Shown here: positions 54,994 through 64,000 of the stretch, piece after piece
How positions within the stretch are numbered: the first letter of the stretch is position 1
Layout of the letters: each line of letters starts with the position of its first letter
Origin: Candidatus Micrarchaeota archaeon
Lineage (GTDB): Archaea; Micrarchaeota; Micrarchaeia; Micrarchaeales; CABMGC01
NCBI GenBank assembly: GCA_021851065.1
Contig: JAJZJQ010000005.1
Span: forward strand, 44 to 64,043
Length of the DNA: 64,000 nt
Direction: 5' to 3'
Translations under genes and position numbers: made by a program
The notes under the pieces: generated by a model
What the model saw: the letters and a program-made list of their open reading frames with translations, nothing else
The model's database searches: none
Told to the model about the DNA's origin: nothing

Positions 54994-57624
54994 CTATAAA
55001 CTTATGCCTGAGGTTTTTGCCCCGGAACTATCCTGCGCATAAACCTGGAAGCCCTGGCTTATAGCCCATTCAAGCGGGCTTCCCCGCGTTATGTCATACC
55101 CAATCACGCCATTGCCGTTGGCGTCCACAGGATGGGGCTGCGTAAGCTGCACGCCGTCACTTGCATAGAGTATCCACGTGCTGTTTGGCATAAGGCCCGA
55201 CACGTTTATCGATACATCATTCCCCACTGCGGCAGTACCGGATATACTCACTTCTGGTTTAGGCATTACAATAGGCGGCAATGTGCCAGTAGTTGTGACG
55301 GTAGATGGCACGGTAACTAGGGTAACAGGCGGAACTGATGTAGTGGACGGTACAGCAACCATGGTATCCGGTGGCACAGAGGTACTCGGCGTCACTACCT
55401 GTGGCAGCACATACATGGCAGTCGTCTTGCCGCTGCTGTCCCTTGCATAGACGCTCCATCCCTGGTTTGCTGCCTGCCATACCGGACTATCCATGGTCAG
55501 TTCGTAGGCAGTAATCGCCCCGCTGCCGGTGCTGTCAAGTGCGTGCGGCCGGGTAAGCTGCATACCATTCTCTGCATACAGTATCCATGTGGAGTTAGGC
55601 GTCAGCCCCTGAACATTCACGTTTACGCTGCAGTTTAGGCAGAAATTGCCGGATAACGATACATTGCCCTGCGTGTTTACAGGAACGGTAGCGGTAGCCG
55701 AAGATATCGCATTGTTGTACTGTATTGTGGCGTTTATTATTCCTTCAAGTTTCTCCAGGTTGTTAACGTGCGCGCTCCATGAACTTATCGCAATTCCATT
55801 TCGAGCCTGTTGCTGATATGATAGTTCCGACTGGTCGGTAGACAGCGAACTGTGCAGCGCGGTGAGTTGTGAGGCAAGTCGCGAGTTTAGCTGCGCTGCA
55901 AGTTGGGAGTTGCCCGCGGATATGTTGTTTAGGTAGTACAGTGTCACGGGCCCATCTGTTACAGGGGATGGTCCAGGTATGTTTGCGATGGTGCTGTAGT
56001 TTATCGTGGCAGCAGTATAACTTTGCGATGTGGAGATGGATGTTATCGTGACCCCTGCATCTGTATTGCATGGGCCGTTTGTACATGAATTATTGTACTG
56101 GCCGCTGTATATGGCAGCAGGTAGGGGATTTTGGGGCACTGTGGTTGTGGAATCGTTGACAGGCAGACTTGCAGGCTGACCTGCATATGTTGTAGGAGTG
56201 CTTAATTGGGATTGCTGCAGATTTATGTATGGTGTTACAATCCCATAATTATCCTTTGCATCCACCTGCCACCCTTGACTAATTGCAGTGTACAGTGAAC
56301 TGGATCTGGTTATGTAATAAGACAATGAACCAGTTCCATTACTGTCTACGGAATGCGGCTGCGTAAGCTGCATGCCGTTGTTTGCAGTAAGTATCCATGT
56401 TCCATTGGGAGTAAGTCCAGATACGTTGATTGTAACAGTATCGTATAGTGCAGGTGTGCCGGAAATTGATAGAGTTGGTTGCATATTCTGAGTACTTCCG
56501 CCATATCCTGAACCAAATGTTAGCACATTGTTGTTGTATGCATTTATAAATGCTGGATCGTTTACGTAGTAGGCTCCGGAGGGATTATCATTAGCCCTTG
56601 AATCTGGAAGTTCATAAAATCCTGGACCCCGATACATTTGCTCCCCATTTACTGCAGCCGGATATGGATTTGAGATTGAAGACCCAGGCATAGTACTTAC
56701 CTCTGGAAGGGGAGGTGGTGATGTTGTAAGTTGACCTCCCTGTGATAGCAAACCAGAAGAACTTGGGATATTAATTATTGCATTGGCTATATAATAAGGC
56801 AGAATTGCGGAGTTTAGATTTAGTAGACTAATGCCAAAAGGAGTGGGTGCAGCCTGGATGCTCACCCCGTTTATCCCAGAGTTTATAGTCAGAAGAGATG
56901 CATTAGTACTAAAATTCGGACCGCCTTCAGTAAGAGCCTGGAATGAACCACTCTCTATCTGTATTGTTACGTTTGGATTTAACTCTGAGCCAACAGTTTC
57001 GCTTATGGATGCGCCATTTATGCTTCCATTCAAGAATAGGAGACATGGAATTGATATTTCAGCTGACCCTCCAAAACTTGCACCTACAGATACACCATCT
57101 TGAGTGAAGTTTGCTGTATTTATGTCGTATCCACCAGTATACGGCCCTATGGCTACGGTACTCTGGTCCCTGTATAAAGTAACCCCAATGTTCTCTTTCC
57201 CTATATCTACAAGATACCCTACAGGAAGTTTTTCCGAACAATAATCCAGGGTTTGCTGTGGATTGGATATTGTACCAATCCCAAGCAACGAACTCTCTAC
57301 AAATCCAGTTATAGCTGTACCTTCAGTTGCACCGGAAACTGGACGTATAACCAATTGTATTGGTACCAAGTTGGATTCTGGTGTACTAGCCGAAGCTGCA
57401 CTTATGTCAGTTGATGATAAAACTACTTGTTCTCCAGTTGTAAGCATAGCAGCAGCAATTGCAACAGGAGCGGCTTTTCTTTGAAGAGCGTATAGAATTC
57501 CTCTAGTAGTTGATGCTTGCCTCGTATGCCTTGGTTCATATCCCGTGTCCCTCATTGCATCTGCTGCAGCACTGATTCTTTCGACTCTGGTTGCGTTTAT
57601 CGTTCTCATACTCATACCCCACAC
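54994..57624 (-). CDS. Modular secreted protein with three ~85-aa Ig-like repeats
   Basis: SISG...INVSGLxPNxTWILYA..GxQLTxPH..D..G.G...QVYAxDSSG occurs three times; basic leader followed by a hydrophobic stretch. Confidence 0.8.
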   Translation of the reverse strand: MWGMSMRTINATRVERISAAADAMRDTGYEPRHTRQASTTRGILYALQRKAAPVAIAAAMLTTGEQVVLSSTDISAASASTPESNLVPIQLVIRPVSGATEGTAITGFVESSLLGIGTISNPQQTLDYCSEKLPVGYLVDIGKENIGVTLYRDQSTVAIGPYTGGYDINTANFTQDGVSVGASFGGSAEISIPCLLFLNGSINGASISETVGSELNPNVTIQIESGSFQALTEGGPNFSTNASLLTINSGINGVSIQAAPTPFGISLLNLNSAILPYYIANAIINIPSSSGLLSQGGQLTTSPPPLPEVSTMPGSSISNPYPAAVNGEQMYRGPGFYELPDSRANDNPSGAYYVNDPAFINAYNNNVLTFGSGYGGSTQNMQPTLSISGTPALYDTVTINVSGLTPNGTWILTANNGMQLTQPHSVDSNGTGSLSYYITRSSSLYTAISQGWQVDAKDNYGIVTPYINLQQSQLSTPTTYAGQPASLPVNDSTTTVPQNPLPAAIYSGQYNNSCTNGPCNTDAGVTITSISTSQSYTAATINYSTIANIPGPSPVTDGPVTLYYLNNISAGNSQLAAQLNSRLASQLTALHSSLSTDQSELSYQQQARNGIAISSWSAHVNNLEKLEGIINATIQYNNAISSATATVPVNTQGNVSLSGNFCLNCSVNVNVQGLTPNSTWILYAENGMQLTRPHALDSTGSGAITAYELTMDSPVWQAANQGWSVYARDSSGKTTAMYVLPQVVTPSTSVPPDTMVAVPSTTSVPPVTLVTVPSTVTTTGTLPPIVMPKPEVSISGTAAVGNDVSINVSGLMPNSTWILYASDGVQLTQPHPVDANGNGVIGYDITRGSPLEWAISQGFQVYAQDSSGAKTSGISL

Positions 57625-57650
57625 GAATTATTCAGTATCTATTATCAATC

Positions 57651-57773
57651 TCAGTCAGCCCAGACTGCCCTCCACGAATTAACCCCATCAGGCACCAGCT
57701 TGACCGGCCTGCTCCCATCGGCGCTCCTCTGCTTCAGCTTCCTCCTTCCAAACAGCCTTCCCACTAAACCCAT
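57651..57773 (-). CDS. 40-aa basic peptide at the head of the surface-protein gene run
   Basis: MGLVGRLFGRRKLKQRSADGSRPVKLVPDGVNSWRAVWAD; TTATATAA and GGTGG directly upstream. Confidence 0.5.
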   Translation of the reverse strand: MGLVGRLFGRRKLKQRSADGSRPVKLVPDGVNSWRAVWAD

Positions 57774-58088
57774 AGTTCCACCATATTATATAATCGGGAT
57801 GGAAGGGCTGGGAGAGAATAGATGCACCAGCAATTGGGATGGCATAGTGCAGTATAGGACAAGATGGATAATGCATTTACATTGTTTTTTGACCCCGTCA
57901 TCTTCCCAAACCCCACGAGTAATATATTTAGATCAACTTATATTTAAGAATGAATAAGGAAACGCGACCAGGGGGCAATATGATTATTGGATTATCTGCA
58001 TTATAATCTTTTTTTTATTGAAAAACTTAGGTTATTGACACAATATTAACGTATGATTTAAATACCTAGTCACATATAGTAATTAACC

Positions 58089-59486
58089 ATGGCAGATTTG
58101 CCCCGTGAAATTTCCGAAGCATTTGTCAGACTCAAAAAGGAATATCCGTCTGGCATTTCATTAAAGAGAATACGTAGAGGGTATTATGTATATAAGGAAA
58201 AGGGTCTGTGGATAAAGGACCAACGCCGCACCAAGATAATATCGGAATACCTTGGTAAGATAACTAAGGAAGGCTTATTCGTAAAGAAAAAACTCTCGGC
58301 AAAAGATGACCTAGAGAATGCCAAAGCTGTAGTGGCAGAGCATGGCGGTGAGATAATATGGCACGATAAGGGTATATCAGATATCGAGTTGCATACAGGA
58401 AAGGAACTGGAAACCACTGAAGTTGATTTGAAGCTGCTGACATGCCTAAGCATGAATGCAAGAATATCTATGTCAGAGGTCGGAAGAATTGCAGGAGTAC
58501 CTAAACAGACTGCATATTCAAGGGTCAAAGCATTAGAAGAGAAACTAGGCATAAAGTATATACTTGAAACAGATATGGAGAAGCTTGGCTACCTACAGTA
58601 TCTCATTCTAGTAAAGTTTGAGGACAAGCTACCTGCCTATAGCGAACTTGAAGCTGCAATAGCAGATGATCCTGGAATCCAATTTGCAGCTACTATAAAG
58701 GGCGATTTTGATCTTATAATGTATGTGATCGCTGAGAGCTATCTTAAGGCGCACGGCAACCTCGTCTCCCTCAGATCCAAAGCTCCATTTGATAGATACA
58801 ATGCACGTTGGATCCTTACATACTTTGCACAGGTATACTCGTTTGTACCGCTTAGGGACATATTCATTGAGAATGTGCTGAAGGAGAGAGTATGGCACAG
58901 GTCGAGGGAGGCACTGCGATTCGATAAGACCAACCTCAAACATAGAGAATATCTGCTACTTAAGGAGCTTAACGGTAATAGTATTGCCAATTTTTCAGCG
59001 ATAGATACAAAGTATGGTCTGAGCACGGGTGCATCGAGATATGCATATAAGGAACTAAGCGAAAGAGGGGTGATCCGAAGACCTACAATATCAATTACCG
59101 AAGCAGGGATAAAATACACAGGAGCCATCCTAATATCGAATATTGATTATGGGAAATTGAAAAAGAATAGATACAAATTGGTCGAGGACGAGATCAGATA
59201 TGGCAGAATATTGAACAAGTACTGTCTCTTTGGGAATATAGGCGCACCGACAAATGGTGGAATCGGATTACTACCCATAGAGAAGGACGGCGAGCTTGAA
59301 ACTTTTGCAAAGAAGGTAGAAACAGAGCTGCAGGGAAGCGTTGTGAGAGATATGATAATAACAAAGATTATCGTAGGCGACCTATGCTACAGAAGGTTCG
59401 ATAACACATATTCAAGTGCCTATCAATTCCTAGTAAGGACAACGAGATTAAAACAGGGAGAGAAGATAGCATATGGGCAACTGTGA
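58089..59486 (+). CDS. Large tandem Lrp/AsnC-like regulator, paralog of 15216-16601
   Basis: Colinear similarity: YYVY..EYLG.I..EG.FVKKKLSA.DD, LSMNARIS, YSFVPLR, GNIGAP, RRFDN. Confidence 0.82.
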   Translation: MADLPREISEAFVRLKKEYPSGISLKRIRRGYYVYKEKGLWIKDQRRTKIISEYLGKITKEGLFVKKKLSAKDDLENAKAVVAEHGGEIIWHDKGISDIELHTGKELETTEVDLKLLTCLSMNARISMSEVGRIAGVPKQTAYSRVKALEEKLGIKYILETDMEKLGYLQYLILVKFEDKLPAYSELEAAIADDPGIQFAATIKGDFDLIMYVIAESYLKAHGNLVSLRSKAPFDRYNARWILTYFAQVYSFVPLRDIFIENVLKERVWHRSREALRFDKTNLKHREYLLLKELNGNSIANFSAIDTKYGLSTGASRYAYKELSERGVIRRPTISITEAGIKYTGAILISNIDYGKLKKNRYKLVEDEIRYGRILNKYCLFGNIGAPTNGGIGLLPIEKDGELETFAKKVETELQGSVVRDMIITKIIVGDLCYRRFDNTYSSAYQFLVRTTRLKQGEKIAYGQL

Positions 59487-59824
59487 CGCTCCCAAGCATA
59501 ACATTTGCCCCTATTTCATGATCCTAATAGGCTCCATCCATAATATAACCACATTGCTGCGATATGGCTTGGAAAGCTACATTTAAAACCCTTATGTACG
59601 GGTTAGGTTATAGGGAGTTGACATCTGATCTCAAAAGACCTTATTTTATTTCATACCCATGAAATTTCTGGAATGTTATCGTCGCCATAGTAGTTTTGCA
59701 TGTTAGTTATTTGACATCTCTCTATTCACTTTGCGCCTATTTGCCAAGTTCCTATTAGATTACTACGCTTTCGAATATCACTACCTTAAATGCCATCGTG
59801 CGATATTATTACTGGTACGAAGAT

Positions 59825-60578
59825 ATGGAGCTAGAAGAGGATGCCCACGGGCAACAGATAATCAGGTACTATAACGGAAAGCGAAGTTTCAGCGTAGTTG
59901 AACGCGATGATGGATATGTTAATCTAGATGAGGATGAGGCGAACAGGTACCTATCTAGCTATAAGCGCTGGAAGAAACATGAGAAAGATGCAATAAAATA
60001 CGCGAGAGGAAGGTGCCTGGACGTTGGCTGCGCAGCCGGAAGGGTGCCCATATATCTGCAGAAGAAGGGGCTTTACTGCTTGGGTATAGACATTTCACCT
60101 CTGGCAATTAAGGTGTGTAGGTTACGCGGTGTAAAATACTGCAAAGTCATGTCTATAGCAGATATAGGGAAGCTTAGGGGCGGCCTCTTTGACACAGTAA
60201 TAATGTTTGGGATAATTCCGGGCTCCTCGGCAGTAGGAGAAAAGCAAAGTCTCTGCTCAGAAAGTTCTATAGAATAACATCGAAAAATGCATTGATAATA
60301 GCGGAGACCAGAGATCCATACATTACAGATAATCCAGTGCATTTTAATACCACGCATCAAACATAAGGAATGGCAGAATGCCAGGACAGCTGCGCATACG
60401 TGTGAGATTTATGCAATACTCAACAAAACGGTTTGATTATCTCTATGTTTCAAAGGAGGAGATGAAAAGTATCCTTCAAGGAACAGGATGGAAGGTCAGG
60501 AGGTTCATAAATGCAGATGGATTCAGGCAGAACGGCCGGTACATCGCAATAATAGGCAAGACCAGTGGACTGGAGTAG
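59825..60578 (+). pseudogene. Class I SAM-dependent methyltransferase with two frameshifts
   Basis: ERDDG, LDVGCAAGR, GIDISP; a hidden middle frame (GLLGSRRKAKSLLRKFYRITSKNALIIAETRDPY) links to MPGQLRIRVRF; shifts near 60212 and 60347. Confidence 0.8.
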
Positions 60579-60656
60579 ATGGCATGATATATAACAGCCT
60601 TTTGCAGAGTTTGGAGCGCAGGCATTTTTGGCAGTGCTCTCTTCATTGTGCAGCAA

Positions 60657-61946
60657 TCATATGTTCGGATTAAGCGTTGAATCCATTGTAGTAAGGCCCT
60701 TGCTGTCCTTTGCGTGTACCTGCAGCCTGCCAGTTATTGCATTGAGGAATTGGCTTCCTGGCTCTATGGTAAACGTTATTGATCCGGATCCTTTGCTGCC
60801 AAGTTTGGATGGCGGAGTAAGCCGAGTTCCGTCGCTGGCATATAGCGCCCATGTCCCATTTTTAGTGAGCCCTCCGACCATTATGGTTATGGTTTTGCCT
60901 GGCTGCTCCAGGCCGATTATGCTAAGCGAGCCAGGTACAGTGGCAGTGGGTTTCTTTATGGTTGTGGTTTTGGGCTGCTTCTTTGGGGATACGGTTTCTG
61001 TAACAGGCGGCTTTCCATAGATTGTGGTACCGGACTTATTAGATGGAAATAGGCTGCTTATCTCTATGTAACCTGGAGGTATCTTTTTGTTCTGGTCGTG
61101 GCCCTTTGCGCCGTAGGTGGTATAAGATGCCGTAGTGGTGAGCCACGGAACCTGCGACCAGGCTCCGCCAGAGATATGTTGGATGCTCGGATTGCTGAAC
61201 ATGACGTTGAAGTTTAGGTGCTCTGGATTCTTCTCGCTGATGTGCGCTTCGGAATCAATAGTCATGTCTGATTCAAAAGTTGTGTCAGGAACTTTTACAT
61301 TACCAAAGGCTTTACCGTTAACATAGAATGTGACTGTTTTATTTCTAAGTTCCATCATGAATGTAGATCTGCCGCTTGATAGCCATATTGGCGATCCAGT
61401 GTTGTAAGCCATTTCCCTACCATTTGAACCCCAAACCTGCCAGAATGCATTAGCAACTGGATGCAGGCCGTTTAGTTCAAGATGTGTGTTCTCATTAGGG
61501 ATGTAACCTACTTGCAAGAATATCGGGCTCTTGTTAAGCCCTACTTCCATAAATCCACCTATCCAGAATAAAACGGCATTATTTGTATTCTGATTGGCTA
61601 CTTGGGATACACTCATGGTGACTTTCATGCCAGAAATATCTGTAGAGGATGGAGCAAAGTAGTCAGCACTTGCATACTGTATCTTGTATCCATATGGTGT
61701 GTTTTGCCCAACAGCAGGAGCAGCCTGCGGCTTAGTCTGCGCATAAGCTGCACCATCGCGAAGGAATCCTGCATTTAGGGATGCAAGCATGCCTGCAGCT
61801 GCAGCAAGACTTGCTGCACGCCTGCCTATTCCTCTTGTCGTTCTTGCAGGCCTAAGTGCATCCTTTATTCCTATTGCATTACTTACATTATCAAGTTGTT
61901 GTCGGGCAACGCGCGTAGCGTTCGTAAGCCCACCCCATCCATCCAA
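60657..61946 (-). CDS. Secreted protein: G1-peptidase-like beta domain, K/T linker and one C-terminal Ig-like repeat
   Basis: FWIGG...FLQVGY...AFWQVW; C-terminal GGLTKNGTWALYASDGTRLTPP...QVHAKDSKG matches the repeats of 54994-57624. Confidence 0.75.
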   Translation of the reverse strand: MDGWGGLTNATRVARQQLDNVSNAIGIKDALRPARTTRGIGRRAASLAAAAGMLASLNAGFLRDGAAYAQTKPQAAPAVGQNTPYGYKIQYASADYFAPSSTDISGMKVTMSVSQVANQNTNNAVLFWIGGFMEVGLNKSPIFLQVGYIPNENTHLELNGLHPVANAFWQVWGSNGREMAYNTGSPIWLSSGRSTFMMELRNKTVTFYVNGKAFGNVKVPDTTFESDMTIDSEAHISEKNPEHLNFNVMFSNPSIQHISGGAWSQVPWLTTTASYTTYGAKGHDQNKKIPPGYIEISSLFPSNKSGTTIYGKPPVTETVSPKKQPKTTTIKKPTATVPGSLSIIGLEQPGKTITIMVGGLTKNGTWALYASDGTRLTPPSKLGSKGSGSITFTIEPGSQFLNAITGRLQVHAKDSKGLTTMDSTLNPNI

Positions 61947-62046
61947 TTAATAATGGGTGGGGAAAAGGTTTATAGAGCTTTTGTTTTTGCGGAATATTCC
62001 GGGATTATGGAAGAGGATCTGCCGGGATATGGGTGATGTGGCTTTC

Positions 62047-64000
62047 TTAGCACCACGATGGCTCTGGGCTGAGGCTTGTGTCCACTATGCCGCCGCAATT
62101 GTCGGTAGATTGCTCTGCGCCAGAGTCGAACGGCCCATTCAGCACCCATTCGTAGGATCCGCCCGTAGTCTCGTAGCACTGCGTGGTTATCTCCTGCACA
62201 GGGGTTGAACATTCTGATGGATTTGCATCTGATTCGTAGTAGTGTCCGACGCCGTATTGACCAGGGCCAGGCGCATTGCATGTGTCAGTTCCTGCAGTTG
62301 GGACGCAGCTGGAAGTAACTGACGAGGCTACAGTCACGCTGAACGGTACCGTGCACTGCGCGCCTGTGTCGGTGGTGAAATAGGCATTGCCTTGGAATGA
62401 TCCTGCATTGTTGAAGGTGGCGGTCACCGAGCTGGACGAGCCGGAGCAGGATATGGTTCCGCATGAACCACCTCCGCCGCAAGGGAATAGCCAGTTGCAG
62501 CCTGATGGAGAGAGGACTCCGCTGTTTAGCGTTGTTGAGAAGGTTACGCTCTGGCCGGGAGATATGGAGGTCGCCGACTGAGTGCCTTTGCATGCCAAGG
62601 TAGGAGTGTTGCAGCTTGCAGTTTCAGTTATGTCTCCGTTCATGGACACTGCAGCGCCGTTAGTGCTTCCCGAGTAGCTTCCGCTGCCTGAGCCGCTCCA
62701 GCCAGAGAATGTGTCTCCAGATGGTACTGAGGCCGAGATGGACACGACTGTGCCCGATGTGTATGAATGTGAGCCTGAGGATGGGGATGTGGCTGAGCAT
62801 GTGCCCGGATTCATGGTAAGGGTGTAAAGTGATGTTTGGGAACTCTTAGTACACGTTGCAGTTTCAGTTATGTCGCCGTTCATGGTTATCGTGTGCGACT
62901 GGCTGGTGCCTGTGTAGCTGCCTGAGCCTGATCCCGACCATCCCTGGAACGAGTAGCCGCTTGGGACTGTGGCAGACAGGGGCACTGAGGCCTGCGGCGT
63001 CTCGCCGTAGGTTCCCTGCGAAGGCGAGACTGACGAGCAGCCGTTGTTGTATATCTGGAGCGTATAAGGATTTGCAATGCAGCTGGCGGACTCGGTTATT
63101 GCGCTGTCCATAGTCACCGAAGCCTGTTGTTTGTTTCCGGTGTAGCTGCCTGCGCCTGTGCCAGTCCATACTACGGTGTATCCGCTTTGGGGCGTTGCAG
63201 ATATTAGCACAGGGGAGCCCAGTGTGTATGTGCCTATGCCTGAAGGGGTCACGGAAAGGCACGGGGAGGCCACAAGGTTGGCTACGTTAAGAGTCTCGGT
63301 GTAGCTTGCAGTCTCTGTCACTGCGGCAGTCACTGTCAGCGGTATGTCCGATGATGTGCCCGTGTAGCAGCTACCTGAACTTGAACAGCTCCACTGGCCC
63401 TGCCCGTAGCCGGGATCCAGCGTAGTTGTTATATTGATGCGGGAGCCGCTTGGGTAACTGTGCGCAGTGCTGCAGCTGGTTTGAGGGAAAGTCACTGTAG
63501 AGTATGGCGCTATAACGCTGACGGGATAGCACGTTAGCGCGCTCGTGTACGAGGCGGTCTCTGTTATGTTGCTGTCCATTGTCACTATGTACCCGCTCTT
63601 GCCGGTGGTGTCGGAGTAGCTGATGGTTCCAGTGCCTGCCCATCCTGTAAGCGAGTATCCTGCGTCAGTGCTGGTATCGATCGCAACTTCAGTGCCCGAG
63701 GCGTAGTGAAGGTTGCTGCAGCCTGGGCTGCTTGTGGGCGCATAGGAGATGGATGAGTGCGCGGCCTGTATGTTGAGGTAGTACGGGCATGACGGGGCGG
63801 AGCACGTATTCGAGAGGGATGTTGCAGAGCCTGTGCTGCATGTATCGGAACTGGTTCCGCAGTTGCCTGAACCAGGGCAGCTCCAGGTTATGGATCCGCT
63901 CTCGCCGGAAGGGCATGAGGCACTGCACTGCGAGGTCCCTGCAGCTGTGTACGAAGCGGTCTCCGTTATGTCGCTGTTGCCAAAGGTCACAGTGAATATC
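62047..64000 (-). CDS. Ser/Thr/Cys-rich surface protein with InlB-B/Flg_new-like repeats and a PKD-like domain (5' end outside window)
   Basis: Repeats of V.ISA..PSGY.F.GWSGSGSGSY.G......MNGDITETA; WLF..G....TATFNNAGSF. Confidence 0.8.
   Translation of the reverse strand, partial: IFTVTFGNSDITETASYTAAGTSQCSASCPSGESGSITWSCPGSGNCGTSSDTCSTGSATSLSNTCSAPSCPYYLNIQAAHSSISYAPTSSPGCSNLHYASGTEVAIDTSTDAGYSLTGWAGTGTISYSDTTGKSGYIVTMDSNITETASYTSALTCYPVSVIAPYSTVTFPQTSCSTAHSYPSGSRINITTTLDPGYGQGQWSCSSSGSCYTGTSSDIPLTVTAAVTETASYTETLNVANLVASPCLSVTPSGIGTYTLGSPVLISATPQSGYTVVWTGTGAGSYTGNKQQASVTMDSAITESASCIANPYTLQIYNNGCSSVSPSQGTYGETPQASVPLSATVPSGYSFQGWSGSGSGSYTGTSQSHTITMNGDITETATCTKSSQTSLYTLTMNPGTCSATSPSSGSHSYTSGTVVSISASVPSGDTFSGWSGSGSGSYSGSTNGAAVSMNGDITETASCNTPTLACKGTQSATSISPGQSVTFSTTLNSGVLSPSGCNWLFPCGGGGSCGTISCSGSSSSVTATFNNAGSFQGNAYFTTDTGAQCTVPFSVTVASSVTSSCVPTAGTDTCNAPGPGQYGVGHYYESDANPSECSTPVQEITTQCYETTGGSYEWVLNGPFDSGAEQSTDNCGGIVDTSLSPEPSWC

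Noticed and set aside
52714-62012. Diversity-generating retroelement template/variable repeat pairs
   Set aside because: No reverse transcriptase in the window; the few mismatches are all G/A transitions but too few to interpret, and the repeats cover promoter and intergenic sequence rather than a C-terminal variable region
1-64000. CRISPR array, cas genes or rRNA
   Set aside because: No regularly spaced repeats with unique spacers, no cas motifs and no rRNA-like sequence seen

Overview
An archaeal chromosome segment, most consistent with a DPANN/Micrarchaeota-like organism (inferred from gene content and style, not from a database search). The housekeeping backbone includes aIF2-gamma, rpS6e, CDC48, rpL40e, aRF1, SerRS, RFC small subunit, TopA, TrmI, an AglB-like oligosaccharyltransferase, tRNA-Leu and tRNA-Ala. 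Several accessory elements interrupt it. (1) Two TnpB elements, one complete and TnpB-only, one cut by the window edge. (2) A ~7.7 kb island bounded by a 32-bp duplication of the tRNA-Leu 3' end. It carries a frameshifted IS200 TnpA, an unusual large Lrp-like regulator, and a nucleotide-chemistry cluster: cytosine-deaminase/GTP-cyclohydrolase-I fusion, HemN-like radical SAM enzyme, YcaQ-like DNA glycosylase, NUDIX hydrolase and a DNPH1/NDT-family N-hydrolase. This is the best candidate for an undescribed system. (3) A ~2 kb tyrosine-integrase element at tRNA-Ala. (4) A membrane-tethered HTH regulator with three palindromic operators facing an ABC exporter operon. (5) A 2088-aa surface protein with an embedded lysozyme-like domain. 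(6) A low-GC, duplication-rich locus (51-64 kb) of modular secreted proteins, each followed by a related membrane protein or a remnant of such a unit. All assignments come from motifs read by eye; no searches were run.
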